Of a stretch of 64,000 bases of DNA, positions 9,048 through 20,105 are shown piece after piece. The stretch covers positions 728-64,727 of the forward strand of contig CAYGFK010000004.1 in the NCBI GenBank assembly GCA_964349135.1. The letters run 5' to 3'. The notes under the pieces are model-generated. The model saw only the letters and a list, made by a program, of their open reading frames with translations, made no database searches and was not told the DNA's origin. The DNA comes from an uncultured Candidatus Saccharibacteria bacterium. GTDB taxonomy: Bacteria > Patescibacteriota > Minisyncoccia > Phycocordibacterales > DSPV01. Each line of letters opens with the position of its first letter. The first letter of the stretch is position 1. The position numbers were made by a program, and so were the translations under genes.

Positions 9048-10274
9048 TTACCCGAAGGTGAAGGTAAATGCTTCGAATTCAGGGGACTCAATGATAAGTT
9101 CTAGTGTGTGTTCTCCCCATGACATTCCTTCCACAATTCGATACAGACGGTCTTCTTGGATGGTAAGATAGCCATCGCTACCAACATCAGCTCCGCGCAT
9201 TGATGAGGGTATAACGGTCCCATCGATGAGTACGCGAGCCCGGACCGGAGTGTTTGCTCGGGCAACCATAAAGACCTTCTGTGCTTGGTATTTGAGCAAC
9301 ACGCGAGCCGGTGTATTTGCTGGGGTTGCGTATTCGGTTTGGATATTCCAGGAACCACCGAGGTAGAGTATCGAGGAGTCGAACTCGGAGGGGAGTGTGA
9401 GCGTTTGTGTTCCGTTGATATATCTCGCACCGTTTCCAAGTAGCGAATTCCTAAATGACCCGAAATAAATTTCAGGAGTTCGCGGTTTTGACGGGTCCAC
9501 CGTCTCAGCCTCTACCTTTGTTGAAGAAACGGGCGTCATTGTTTCCCCTAAACGTTCATTTCTCTCTTTGAGGAGGTTTTGAATAAGAGATTCGGTTTCG
9601 GCGTACGCACCTTCTCCTATGTGGTCGTAGACGATAAATCCATCTATGTCTATAAGATATTTCCTCGGCCAATATGAATTTTTATAGGCGCGCCACGTAG
9701 AAAAGTCGTTATCTTGTATGATAGGATATTCAACGCCGAATCGTTGTGCGGCCATGATGACATTTGTTCGGTCTTTCTCGAATTCGAATTCAGGGGTATG
9801 GATAGAAATGATTTCAAGTCCGCTATCCCGATATTTCGTATACCAATCTGTCAGGTAGGGAAGGGTGCGCTGGCAGTTGATGCATGAATAGGTCCAAAAA
9901 TCGACGAGGACAACTTTTTTGCCAATGAGCGATGAGATGGTTACCGGCACTTCTCCTGTATTAATAAATCCTGAGGGATTTACTATCTCAACAAAGCGTT
10001 CATACCGTGTTGCTTTTGCTTTGTAGGCAGAAGTTTCTGAGTTTGATGGTACATCTGTTATTTTTGTATCAGTGCCTGTCGATAGTACCGTTTCTGGAAT
10101 TGAAGAGGAGGTGGTTGTGCAACTTCCGTCCGGTCCAGGATTTTGACACTGCACGATTTCTTGTAATGAAGCCGAGACGCTCGGGCGTGATTTTTGCGAC
10201 TCGAGATAGGTAATAGAGCCGATAATGACGATGACGACAGCTATCAGCGTTAGGTTGCGTGCGTTTAAGGTCAT
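9048..10274 (-). CDS. membrane-anchored thioredoxin-fold protein with C-terminal beta-sandwich domain (DipZ C-terminal-like thiol:disulfide oxidoreductase)
   Basis: TM anchor. TlpA/ResA-like motif VVLVDFWTYSCINCQRTLP (CxxC). About 150-aa C-terminal extra domain. Start overlaps the ccdA stop. Confidence 0.8.
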   Translation of the reverse strand: MTLNARNLTLIAVVIVIIGSITYLESQKSRPSVSASLQEIVQCQNPGPDGSCTTTSSSIPETVLSTGTDTKITDVPSNSETSAYKAKATRYERFVEIVNPSGFINTGEVPVTISSLIGKKVVLVDFWTYSCINCQRTLPYLTDWYTKYRDSGLEIISIHTPEFEFEKDRTNVIMAAQRFGVEYPIIQDNDFSTWRAYKNSYWPRKYLIDIDGFIVYDHIGEGAYAETESLIQNLLKERNERLGETMTPVSSTKVEAETVDPSKPRTPEIYFGSFRNSLLGNGARYINGTQTLTLPSEFDSSILYLGGSWNIQTEYATPANTPARVLLKYQAQKVFMVARANTPVRARVLIDGTVIPSSMRGADVGSDGYLTIQEDRLYRIVEGMSWGEHTLELIIESPEFEAFTFTFG

Positions 10275-10981
10275 GAGCGTAGGAGGAATGCGTTAAGAAG
10301 TTCAAAGTTGGCGATGCGGGCAAGGTTGTTTGTGAATATAAGGATGCCGATTACGATGAGGAGGACGCCAAATACAATATTGATGTATTTCACGACATGA
10401 ACGAATCGGTTAAGAAATTTCGAACTCTCGGCGGCGAACAGCCCAACGATGAGGAAGGGAATACCAAGGCCAAGTGCATACGAGAGGAGGAGGATAAAGG
10501 CGCTTCCCGGAGCGCTAGCCGCAAGGCCGAGTATCGCGCCGAGTGCGGCACCAACGCAGGGTGTCCATCCAGCCGCAAAGGCGAGTCCGAAGACAAATGA
10601 AGTGAGGTAGCGAGAAGAGAATTTCTTCGTAACACGGAGTTTGTGTTCGCGCTCGAGGAATCCAATATGCACAAGGCCTGTCACGTAGAGCCCGAAGAAG
10701 ATAATAATGGCTCCACCGATGCGAGAGAGCCATATCTGTGCATCGTACGCAAAGGATTCTAGCACGGTGTTGAGGAGGACACCGAGGAGGGCGAAGATGA
10801 ATGAGAAGCCGAGAACGAAGAAAAGCGCGTTAAGAAATGTTTCGCGGCGATTCACCTCTCCTTCTTTGAGCGATGAACCCGCAAGGTACGCGAGAAATCC
10901 AGGAATAATCGGGAGGACGCAAGGGGCGATGAATGATATGAGTCCTGCCGTAAAGGCGACGATGATATTGAGGTCTGCCAT
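10271..10981 (-). CDS. ccdA: cytochrome c-type biogenesis protein CcdA (DsbD-like membrane thiol-disulfide electron transporter)
   Basis: ISFIAPCVLPIIPGFLAYLAG plus a second conserved Cys (AAGWTPCVGAALG). 6 TM helices. Confidence 0.9.
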   Translation of the reverse strand: MADLNIIVAFTAGLISFIAPCVLPIIPGFLAYLAGSSLKEGEVNRRETFLNALFFVLGFSFIFALLGVLLNTVLESFAYDAQIWLSRIGGAIIIFFGLYVTGLVHIGFLEREHKLRVTKKFSSRYLTSFVFGLAFAAGWTPCVGAALGAILGLAASAPGSAFILLLSYALGLGIPFLIVGLFAAESSKFLNRFVHVVKYINIVFGVLLIVIGILIFTNNLARIANFELLNAFLLRS

Positions 10982-10982
10982 G

Positions 10983-11636
10983 TTACCGGTGCGATGCTAT
11001 CTCTGATAGATAACGCGATGCATCCCATGATTCCGGAGATTTGAGGACGCGCGTATTATTTTTGATGAATACTTTTGTATGTTGATAGGCAACACCGAAC
11101 TGTTGGGCCAGAACTTTTTCATTTTGGTCGGTTTCGGTGTCATTGAAGTTGACTCGAAATGCAACCACGTCATTTCCTTCAAGTTCGTTGAAGGCACTCT
11201 GCATCTTTGGGAATTCCGTTTTGCAGACGGGGCACCAATTTGCGTAGAAGTAGAGCACCACAAGCTTATCGGTCGCGATGGCCGTGTCGTAATCGGATTT
11301 CGTGAACTCAAGTAGCGGGGAGGTATCCAGCGAGCCGGCAAGGAGGGTTCCGGAGTAGCTCTCTTTCTGCATCATGGATTCATCATTGGTCAGCGTGTCG
11401 TCGGATTCCATCATAACGTCGTTCGTTGGCTCAGTAGGACAGGGAGCAAATTCACATTTTGGTCCGATACGGCCAACGGCACTTCCATCAGGACAGATTT
11501 TTGCGTCTGCTGTACACGCGACAGGACCCGTGTCGATATCCGAAGAATCTCTTGTTGCGTAATAGATTCCTCCGCTTGCGATGAGGAGTATGACGATGAC
11601 GCTTGTAAGTGCGACGGATGATATACCTTTTTGCAT
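10983..11636 (-). CDS. membrane-anchored thioredoxin-like protein (TlpA-family)
   Basis: LVVLYFYANWCPVCKTEFP CxxC motif. N-terminal TM and Cys-rich linker. Confidence 0.8.
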   Translation of the reverse strand: MQKGISSVALTSVIVILLIASGGIYYATRDSSDIDTGPVACTADAKICPDGSAVGRIGPKCEFAPCPTEPTNDVMMESDDTLTNDESMMQKESYSGTLLAGSLDTSPLLEFTKSDYDTAIATDKLVVLYFYANWCPVCKTEFPKMQSAFNELEGNDVVAFRVNFNDTETDQNEKVLAQQFGVAYQHTKVFIKNNTRVLKSPESWDASRYLSEIASHR

Positions 11637-11652
11637 AAACTTTTTTTAATTA

Positions 11653-12015
11653 CTAATTGTTCTTTTTATTCCAGAAGGATGCCACGGCTTTTGTGAGGAC
11701 GCTTACCGCGAAAGCAATAACAAGCCACGGGTCGACGTTGTGGGAAAAGCTTTGAATGCCGATTGCCAATACAAGAACACCCGAAACGGCCAGATACGCG
11801 TTATGACCGGCGCGCATTCGGTGTAGTTCGTCACGTTCATCGAGTGCTCTTTCGCGCCAGACGAAGAAAGCGAATACGGCAAAACATATAAAGAATAGTG
11901 CGATGATAGTCATGGTTATAGCGTCCGGCATTAAGATTTTCATCGGATTAAGGAGTACGCATGCAAGCATAAGGGTGGCTAATGAGACGATGAGTTCCGA
12001 CATAAATGAGCGCAT
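11653..12015 (-). CDS. small multi-TM membrane protein (DUF2975-like partner of the XRE regulator)
   Basis: 3-4 TM helices. Start is 4 nt downstream of the XRE gene stop. This arrangement is typical of YozG-type regulator/membrane protein pairs. Confidence 0.55.
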   Translation of the reverse strand: MRSFMSELIVSLATLMLACVLLNPMKILMPDAITMTIIALFFICFAVFAFFVWRERALDERDELHRMRAGHNAYLAVSGVLVLAIGIQSFSHNVDPWLVIAFAVSVLTKAVASFWNKKNN

Positions 12016-12019
12016 GTGA

Positions 12020-12223
12020 TTATTTTACTGAAAATAATTTCTCTACCGAGACGTTAAAATATCTCGCGATTTTAAGTGCGAGCGCGACCGAGGGTGTGTA
12101 GTTTCCACGCTCCAGAGCGATGACTGTCTGACGTGTGACACCTGTGGCGTGAGCAAGCTCTTCCTGCGTCACCTCTTTTTTCACGCGATAGTCACTGACC
12201 ATGTTTGAGACCATGTCTCTCAT
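12020..12223 (-). CDS. XRE-family helix-turn-helix transcriptional regulator (YozG-like)
   Basis: [39 protein letters not shown] is a canonical Cro/C1 HTH. Confidence 0.88.
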   Translation of the reverse strand: MRDMVSNMVSDYRVKKEVTQEELAHATGVTRQTVIALERGNYTPSVALALKIARYFNVSVEKLFSVK

Positions 12224-12252
12224 GCCTGAAGTATAGCAAGCTAATTTTTGTA

Positions 12253-12270
12253 TGTAAAGTACGCTTTACA
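12253..12270. promoter_or_regulatory. 7-4-7 inverted repeat TGTAAAG-TACG-CTTTACA, candidate XRE operator between divergent XRE gene and msrA
   Basis: Perfect 7-bp arms. Located in the 78-bp divergent intergenic region, next to the TGTTATACT -10-like box of msrA. Confidence 0.5.
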
Positions 12271-12301
12271 TCGGACGTAACCATTTGTTATACTTTATCC
12301 T

Positions 12302-12832
12302 ATGAAAGAAATAGCGGTATTCGGGGGAGGGTGTTTTTGGTGTACTGAAGCGGTGTTCGAGCGTCTCAAGGGCGTGCTCTCGGTTATGCCTGGTTATGCC
12401 GGGGGATTAAAAGACAGCCCGTCGTATGAAGAGGTAAGTCGAGGAAGTACCGGTCATGCCGAAGTTATAAAAATCGAGTATGACCCGAGCGTTATCTCGT
12501 TTGGCGACTTACTTTCGGTTTTCTTCAACACCCATGACCCGACACAGCTCAATCAGCAGGGGAATGATGTGGGGGAGCAGTATCGTTCGGCTATTTTCTA
12601 TACGACTGACACACAGAAGCAGGAAGCAGAATTCCTTATCAAAGAGTTTGGCGAGAAAAAAGCGTACGACAAACCGGTTGTAACGAAGGTGGAACCTCTT
12701 GGAAAATTCTACCCTGCAGAGAACTATCATCGTGAGTATTATAATCGCAATTCAGATGCGCCGTACTGTGAGCTTGTTATCGCGCCGAAACTCGACAAAT
12801 TACAAAGGAAATTCAAACAATTGCTTTCATGA
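12302..12832 (+). CDS. msrA: peptide-methionine (S)-S-oxide reductase MsrA
   Basis: FGGGCFWCTEAVF catalytic motif, GYAGG, full-length MsrA fold. Confidence 0.95.
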   Translation: MKEIAVFGGGCFWCTEAVFERLKGVLSVMPGYAGGLKDSPSYEEVSRGSTGHAEVIKIEYDPSVISFGDLLSVFFNTHDPTQLNQQGNDVGEQYRSAIFYTTDTQKQEAEFLIKEFGEKKAYDKPVVTKVEPLGKFYPAENYHREYYNRNSDAPYCELVIAPKLDKLQRKFKQLLS

Positions 12833-13152
12833 GTAATTTGGTCAATAAGAAATGTGTTCCTTGCGAAGGAGATACCTTACCAGTTTCGGAGAAGTATGCT
12901 CGTGAAAAGCTCACAGAAATTGGAGGTCCATGGACACTTGTCGGCGCGCAACTGATAGCCGCATATTCCTTTAAAGATTTCAAAGAGGCGTTTGCGTTTG
13001 TGAGCAAGGTTGCGGACATCGCAGAGCAGGAAGGGCATCACCCCGATATCAGTGTTTCCTATAACCGTGTCGAGCTCATCCTTACCACGCACGCCATTGG
13101 CGGTCTTTCCGAGAATGATTTCATTATGGCCGCGAAGATAAATACACTTTAG
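12829..13152 (+). CDS. pterin-4a-carbinolamine dehydratase (PCD/DCoH family)
   Basis: EGHHPDISVSYNRVELILTTHAIGGLS matches the PCD signature ([EDKH]x3HHPx5-6[YW]...HxxxGL[ST]). Overlaps the msrA stop by 4 nt. Confidence 0.85.
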   Translation: MSNLVNKKCVPCEGDTLPVSEKYAREKLTEIGGPWTLVGAQLIAAYSFKDFKEAFAFVSKVADIAEQEGHHPDISVSYNRVELILTTHAIGGLSENDFIMAAKINTL

Positions 13153-13167
13153 CGTTACGGACCAGAG

Positions 13168-13197
13168 CGTAAAAAGAAAGCCGCCTTATGGGGCGGC
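13168..13197 (-). terminator. rho-independent terminator for the atp-operon tail (hairpin gccgcc/ggcggc overlapping the stop, T-run on minus strand)
   Basis: Hairpin plus TTTCTTTTTAC on the minus strand immediately after the CDS ending at 13186. Confidence 0.55.
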
Positions 13198-13443
13198 ATG
13201 TTCTTGGTGTACTGGTTTTGGTGTCGTGACCGAGCGAAAGAACGCGGCATCATAGGTATATTTCACCTTTCCCTCAAATTTGAGCAGAAAGGTCTCGCGC
13301 GATTGAATCCATATTTTGACGATGGTCAGCTCGTCTTGGGTCTCAATTAATCCTTTCGTGTTGTCCACTCGCTTGCAAAAGTTCGGGTCTATGGGGACGA
13401 ATTTAGGCACCACCTTATCTCCTACCTTAAACGGTGTGGTCAT
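13186..13443 (-). CDS. hypothetical 85-aa protein at the distal end of the atp operon
   Basis: Strong Shine-Dalgarno AAAGGAGA 7 nt upstream of the ATG, and a terminator at its 3' end. No family recognised. Confidence 0.6.
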   Translation of the reverse strand: MTTPFKVGDKVVPKFVPIDPNFCKRVDNTKGLIETQDELTIVKIWIQSRETFLLKFEGKVKYTYDAAFFRSVTTPKPVHQEHAAP

Positions 13444-13498
13444 ACGTAAGTCTCCTTTCTCTCCTGAATCCTACCCCAATATGGAAAAGCGTCAATAC

Positions 13499-13732
13499 TT
13501 AGTCGGCAAGTACGATAAGCTTCTTCCCGTTCGTATAGGCGCTACCGCCTTCTGTAGAAAAAGATTTTTCCTCATGTTTTTCTCGGCATATGACCGTGCC
13601 TTTTTTGAGAATGGTGAGCAGTGGCGCGTGGTGGTCGAGCACACTAACTTCTCCGTCGACACCTGGCAGGGTGACTGAGTGAGCCTCACCTTCATACAAG
13701 GTTTTTTGTAAGTTGTAGATGTGGACTTTCAT
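13499..13732 (-). CDS. atpC: F0F1 ATP synthase epsilon subunit (short, N-terminal beta-sandwich only)
   Basis: MKVHIYNLQKTLYEGEAHSVTLPGVDGEVSVLDHHAPLLT matches the epsilon N-terminal domain. At 77 aa it lacks the C-terminal helical hairpin. Confidence 0.85.
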   Translation of the reverse strand: MKVHIYNLQKTLYEGEAHSVTLPGVDGEVSVLDHHAPLLTILKKGTVICREKHEEKSFSTEGGSAYTNGKKLIVLAD

Positions 13733-13750
13733 AGGTACGTATCAGCAGAT

Positions 13751-15130
<1,380 letters not shown>

Positions 15131-15148
15131 TTAGCCGAAGCTTGTAAG

Positions 15149-16078
15149 TTAGTTTGATAAGGCCTCTTTACCGGCGGTAATCTCGGTCAATTCCTTGGTA
15201 ATGGCTGCCTGGCGAGTTTTGTTATATTGAATATTGAGTTTCTCGACGAGTTCTCCGGCGCTGTCCGACGCATTTTTCATTGCAAACATTCTCGACGAAT
15301 GCTCGGAAGCATTTCCTTCAAGAATTGCGTGGAAGACTTGGACGGCGAGCAGTTGAGGTAGGATTACGGAAAGTGCTTGGGTAGGTGACGGCTCGAATAT
15401 AAGTTCTTCCGCCGACGTATCAGCTGTTTCGAATGAAGCGGGGATATTAGCGTATTTACCACGCAGGGGTTCGATGCCGGCGAGGATTTCGTTCAAGGTA
15501 TGTTCGGTGAAAGGGAGAAGCGTGCGAACAACCACTTCTTGTTTGAGAGCTGAGAGAAAATTAGTGTAAACGATAACCACCTCGTCGCACTCTCTGCTCA
15601 TAAAGTAATGAATGATAGCATCTGAAATGAGGCGAGTCTCATCTAGTGCCCCATAGTCTCCTGCACCAAGGAATTCTTGTGTAATCGACGCATGACGACG
15701 TCTGAAATAGTCGCGCCCCTTCTTTCCGACCGTAATGAGCAATGTCTTTTTATCTGATTTTGCAATGACTTGCTCGGCGCGTTTGATGACATTTTGATTG
15801 AATGAACCGGCAAGTCCTTTATCGGAAGTAATCACCACAAGTCCTCGAACATTGATTTCACGTTGCTCCATGAGGGGCGACACCTCGCCTGTTTCTAAGG
15901 CACTTTTCTGTATCGAGCGTAGCAGTGAGAGGGCCGAGAGGGCGTACGGTCGCGCGTTTAGGGCAAGCATTTGGCTACGGCGCATCTTTACGGCAGAGAC
16001 AGCTTCCATCGCTTTCGTCATCTGACGGATGTTTTTGGTAGAGCGTATGCGGTTTCGTAATGCTCGTGAGCCGGCCAT
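15149..16078 (-). CDS. atpG: F0F1 ATP synthase gamma subunit
   Basis: N-terminal MAGSRALRNRIRSTKNIRQMTKAMEAVSAVKMRR and C-terminal ITKELTEI helix are typical of gamma. Confidence 0.93.
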   Translation of the reverse strand: MAGSRALRNRIRSTKNIRQMTKAMEAVSAVKMRRSQMLALNARPYALSALSLLRSIQKSALETGEVSPLMEQREINVRGLVVITSDKGLAGSFNQNVIKRAEQVIAKSDKKTLLITVGKKGRDYFRRRHASITQEFLGAGDYGALDETRLISDAIIHYFMSRECDEVVIVYTNFLSALKQEVVVRTLLPFTEHTLNEILAGIEPLRGKYANIPASFETADTSAEELIFEPSPTQALSVILPQLLAVQVFHAILEGNASEHSSRMFAMKNASDSAGELVEKLNIQYNKTRQAAITKELTEITAGKEALSN

Positions 16079-16081
16079 ATT

Positions 16082-17620
16082 CTATTTGTTGAAATAATTC
16101 TTCGTGAAATCATCGAGTGCTCCGCTGAGCGCGCTATCGACTTCTTTTGTAAGCTCTGCGGTGCTGCGTAAATCTGAAAGGATAGTCGCGTTCCTCTCCT
16201 TAAGAAAGGTGAGCAATTCTTTTTCGTAGCGCTTTACGTCGGCCACGGCGACCGTATCAAGGAACCCTTTAACCGCCGAATAGATAGAGATGACTTCTTC
16301 TTCAAACGGCATGTGTGCATATTGGTCCTGTTTCAGGAGCTCGGAGAGACGTTTGCCTCGCTCGAGTTTCTGTTTTGTCGAGGCATCAAGGTCTTGGCCG
16401 AATTGCGCGAAGGCGGCAAGTTCACGATATTGCGCGAGCTCAAGACGCATGGTACCGGCCACTTTCTTCATTGCTTTTGTCTGCGCTGACGAACCAACGC
16501 GCGAGACCGAGAGGCCGACGTTGAGAGCCGGTCGCGTGCCTTGATAGAAAAGCTCCGGTTCGAGATATATCTGACCGTCGGTGATAGAAATGACATTGGT
16601 TGGAATGTAGGCAGAGACGTCGGAGAGTTGTGTTTCGATGATGGGCAGTGCCGTTAGAGACCCGCCACCATATTCTTTTCCGAGTCGTGCGGCGCGTTCC
16701 AAGAGACGAGAGTGGAGATAGAAGATGTCTCCCGGGTATGCTTCGCGTCCCGGTGGTCGACGGAGAAGGAGTGACATTTCTCGGTAGGCCGCCGCGTGTT
16801 TTGAGAGGTCGTCGTAGACGATGAGGGCGTCGCGTCCTTGGTCCATAAAATATTCTCCAATCGCGGCTCCTGTATACGGAGAAAGAAATTGAAGCGGAGC
16901 CGGACTTGATGCGGAGGCGGTGATGACGATGGTGTACTCCATGGCGCCCGACGTCTTAAGCTTTTCAACAATTTGTGCAACTTTAGATTCTTTCTGGCCG
17001 ATAGCGACATAGATACAGATGACCGGTTTTCCATCGCGAACATCTTTACCTTGGTTGATGATGGTGTCGATAGCGATTGCGGTTTTACCGGTTTGACGGT
17101 CGCCAATGATAAGTTCGCGTTGCCCGCGACCGATAGGTATCATGGCATCGATGGCTTTAATGCCTGTCTGCAGTGGCGTGTTGACTGATTGTCGGGTAAT
17201 GACGCCGGGAGCAATTTTCTCAAGAGGATAACGCTTCATAGCCTCGGTCTTAAGGGAAGGACCGCCGTCGATTGGATTACCAAGTCCGTCAATGACACGC
17301 CCGATAAGCGCATCAGAGACGGGGACAGAGAGAATATTACCCGTACCTTTGACCGTTTGACCCTCTTTCACTTTTGTTTTATCTCCGAGGATGACGGCTT
17401 TGAGCGTATGCTCTTCAAGGTTGAGTGCTTGACCGAGCACTGGTGCGCCGTCCGTTTCAAACTCCAAGAGTTCGGAATACATGGCCTGTGAAAGACCTTG
17501 AATTTCTGCTACACCGTCGCCAACCCGTGTCACGGTACCCACGTGCTCTCGAGAAGCTCCTGCGGAAAGTCCCGAAATCTCCTCTTTCAATTGTTGTATG
17601 ATAGTGTCCTTGTCTGTCAT
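16082..17620 (-). CDS. atpA: F0F1 ATP synthase alpha subunit
   Basis: Walker [10 protein letters not shown]. Conserved alpha architecture. Confidence 0.97.
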   Translation of the reverse strand: MTDKDTIIQQLKEEISGLSAGASREHVGTVTRVGDGVAEIQGLSQAMYSELLEFETDGAPVLGQALNLEEHTLKAVILGDKTKVKEGQTVKGTGNILSVPVSDALIGRVIDGLGNPIDGGPSLKTEAMKRYPLEKIAPGVITRQSVNTPLQTGIKAIDAMIPIGRGQRELIIGDRQTGKTAIAIDTIINQGKDVRDGKPVICIYVAIGQKESKVAQIVEKLKTSGAMEYTIVITASASSPAPLQFLSPYTGAAIGEYFMDQGRDALIVYDDLSKHAAAYREMSLLLRRPPGREAYPGDIFYLHSRLLERAARLGKEYGGGSLTALPIIETQLSDVSAYIPTNVISITDGQIYLEPELFYQGTRPALNVGLSVSRVGSSAQTKAMKKVAGTMRLELAQYRELAAFAQFGQDLDASTKQKLERGKRLSELLKQDQYAHMPFEEEVISIYSAVKGFLDTVAVADVKRYEKELLTFLKERNATILSDLRSTAELTKEVDSALSGALDDFTKNYFNK

Positions 17621-17630
17621 GGTGTTGTGA

Positions 17631-18011
17631 TTACTGAGTAAGCGTACTCTTAAGTTTCGAGAATCGACGTGCGAGCGTGTTATCTATGCGCCAGTCACCG
17701 ATTTGTATACGCACTCCTGCGCCGATGCCTGAATCCGTTTTTTTAACGAGTTGAATGTGGTGTCCGAGTTCTCCTGCGACAGCCGCAATATCCACACTGT
17801 CTTTTTCGGCAACCGTGATTTCTCCCATAACAATCCCTTTTCTCGTATTCCACTCTGTAACAATACTGCGTTCGATGTCACGTCTTAGTCCGAGCTGGCC
17901 GTTTGCTGAGAGTTTTTTAACAAATGCATGTACGGTTTCTCGAATCATCGAAGGTTTTTCTTCGATAAGGTCGCAAAGCGCTTTCGCATATTGTGCAGAA
18001 GTGTATTTCAT
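17631..18011 (-). CDS. atpH: F0F1 ATP synthase delta subunit (OSCP) (start taken at [12 protein letters not shown]; the track ORF extends to 18101 into atpF)
   Basis: Position between atpF and atpA. Delta-like helical N-terminus. Confidence 0.75.
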   Translation of the reverse strand: MKYTSAQYAKALCDLIEEKPSMIRETVHAFVKKLSANGQLGLRRDIERSIVTEWNTRKGIVMGEITVAEKDSVDIAAVAGELGHHIQLVKKTDSGIGAGVRIQIGDWRIDNTLARRFSKLKSTLTQ

Positions 18012-18015
18012 CGTG

Positions 18016-18519
18016 TTATGACCGTTTTGCTTTCTCGATTGCCTGAGAAAGTAGCTTATCTTTCGAGTTTTTATCGAGTATGTCACCGACGGTGCTTTCA
18101 AGAGCTATGGCGATTGTGGCGCCGAGTTCTCGTTTGAGTTCTTGGCGAAGCCGTTCGTGCTGTTCTTGTATCTGTTTCTCGCCACGTGCGACAAGTTGTT
18201 TTGCCTGTGCTCCTGCCTCGGTAACAATGCGTTCAGAGGTTCGCTTCGCGTCCTCCTCGGCGCGTTTAATAAGCGCACTCGATTCCTTACGAGCCTCAGC
18301 GAGGGCGTCATTTTTTGTGGTCTCGATACTTTGGATGCGTTTCTCTATCTCTTCAGCGTACTGATTTGCCCGCTCCACTTCTCTTCGTCGCTTTTCGAGC
18401 ATGGTGATAATCGGTTTGTACGCAAATTTCTGCAATAGCAAAAGGAGGACAGCGAAGTTGATAATTTGTGCTGCCAGAATCTTGGCGTCTATACCGAGGT
18501 TCGAGAAGAGCTCTACCAC
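18016..18519 (-). CDS. atpF: F0F1 ATP synthase subunit b
   Basis: Single N-terminal TM followed by a long charged coiled coil (EERIVTEAGAQAKQLVARGEKQIQEQHERLRQELKRE). Confidence 0.9.
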   Translation of the reverse strand: MVELFSNLGIDAKILAAQIINFAVLLLLLQKFAYKPIITMLEKRRREVERANQYAEEIEKRIQSIETTKNDALAEARKESSALIKRAEEDAKRTSERIVTEAGAQAKQLVARGEKQIQEQHERLRQELKRELGATIAIALESTVGDILDKNSKDKLLSQAIEKAKRS

Positions 18520-18525
18520 AGCGGA

Positions 18526-18750
<225 letters not shown>

Positions 18751-18875
18751 TTATTGCTTATATTGATAATCGAGGAGACAAAAATAGGGGCATGATGCCT
18801 CATGACCCACAGCATACTATATATAGGTGCATTTTCAAGCCTTCGTAGGGTGTTCTGATGAAGTATAATTGAGTC

Positions 18876-19058
18876 ATGATAACGCCGGAACTCATTGACT
18901 ATATCAGGCAACGAAAGCAGTTTGGAATCACCAAAGAAGGCATTGTTCTCGCGCTACTTTCGGTTGGATGGAGTATGGAAGATATCAACGCAGGGTACGC
19001 ACGCGCCGAGAGCCCTGATGGTTTGCCGAAGCCTCCGCCTCCTCCGGTAGGAAATTAA
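18876..19058 (+). CDS. questionable 60-aa ORF antisense within the 307-bp atpB-atpE spacer
   Basis: Protein-like N-terminus but ends in a Pro run. Opposite orientation inside an operon spacer. No flanking signals seen. Confidence 0.2.
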   Translation: MITPELIDYIRQRKQFGITKEGIVLALLSVGWSMEDINAGYARAESPDGLPKPPPPPVGN

Positions 19059-19798
19059 TGTCCTTCAGCTCGCGTAAACATCGAGAAGGCAACCATCGCA
19101 AGAACGGCGAAAATAGCCGCTTGGATAAGTCCAACGAAAAGTTCTAGTCCGAGAAAGGGCACTGTAGCGATGAGGGGGACGAGTGAGCCAACGATAATGA
19201 GAAGCACTTCGCCTGCGAAGATGTTTCCGAAGAGACGGAACGAGAGCGAGATGATTTTTGAAATCTCACTGACGATTTCAAGGATGCCGGTGAAAAAAGC
19301 GATAGGACCCTTGAACGTGATGAATTTGCCGAGATGGTGCTTTGCGCCGACCGTGATGAGTCCGTAGAGATGCGAAAGCGTGACGACAATAAGCGCAAGG
19401 GCGAGTGTCATATTGAGGTCTGAGTAAACGGAACGAAAGAGAGGAACGAACGTCTCATGGCCGTCATGGATTTCACGAACTCCGATTGAACCGATGCCTG
19501 GCAGAATGCCCGCCCAGTTTGAGAGCAAGACAAAGAAGAAGATAGTTGCGGCGATAGGGAAGAAGCGGATAGCAACCTCACGGCTTCCGGCGATGGTTTC
19601 AAAGAAGTTAAGAAGGCCTTCGATAACCATTTCCGCGAGGTTTTGGAGTCTCCCCGGATTTCTCTTGAGTTTGCCAGATACGATGATGGAGCCAATGATA
19701 AGCACGAACATTACAAGCCACGCGGTGAGCATGGTGTTGGTTACGGGTAGTGGGCCTAGGTGGAAGAGAATGTCTGCTTTTATGCCGATATGCTCCAT
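19055..19798 (-). CDS. atpB: F0F1 ATP synthase subunit a
   Basis: Polytopic protein with the conserved Arg-containing helix (SLSFRLFGNIFAGE). Confidence 0.95.
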   Translation of the reverse strand: MEHIGIKADILFHLGPLPVTNTMLTAWLVMFVLIIGSIIVSGKLKRNPGRLQNLAEMVIEGLLNFFETIAGSREVAIRFFPIAATIFFFVLLSNWAGILPGIGSIGVREIHDGHETFVPLFRSVYSDLNMTLALALIVVTLSHLYGLITVGAKHHLGKFITFKGPIAFFTGILEIVSEISKIISLSFRLFGNIFAGEVLLIIVGSLVPLIATVPFLGLELFVGLIQAAIFAVLAMVAFSMFTRAEGH

Positions 19799-19815
19799 CG
19801 TGCGGACATTTTACC

Positions 19816-20028
19816 CTATTTCAATATTTTGGCCACTTTGCGGTAGATGAGATAGGTCGAGCTTGTTGCAGCTATAACGACACCTGCGACGAGAAGCCAA
19901 GGTGATGTATTGAAGTATCTGTCGGCGAAACGGCCAGCGAGCGCAAATACAACAAGTGGGATGGCAATTTGCCAACCAAGTTCGAAGGCAAGGGTCCACG
20001 CGTTAAACATTTTCTGATTATCATTCAT
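19816..20028 (-). CDS. AtpZ/AtpI-family putative F0F1-ATPase accessory membrane protein
   Basis: 70-aa two-TM protein (WTLAFELGWQIAIPLVVFALAGRFAD) immediately upstream of atpB. Confidence 0.75.
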   Translation of the reverse strand: MNDNQKMFNAWTLAFELGWQIAIPLVVFALAGRFADRYFNTSPWLLVAGVVIAATSSTYLIYRKVAKILK

Positions 20029-20054
20029 ACTCCTAGCATACCGTTTTGCCGAAT

Positions 20055-20090
20055 AAAAAACATCCGTTCGCCGTGGCGAACGGATGTTTT
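20055..20090 (-). terminator. rho-independent terminator (catccgttcgcc/ggcgaacggatg) separating the Ala-rich gene from the atp operon
   Basis: 12-bp perfect stem, 3-nt loop, T-run on the minus strand. Confidence 0.8.
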
Positions 20091-20105
20091 CAAAGGTTCA
20101 GAGTT

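Noticed and set aside
8810-9061. 83-aa ORF MLYYLSGNKVVFLFTL... from the ORF track
   Set aside because: Poor coding composition. It spans a promoter and a terminator hairpin. A cleaner 43-aa Cys-rich ORF in another frame (8872..9003) explains the region better.
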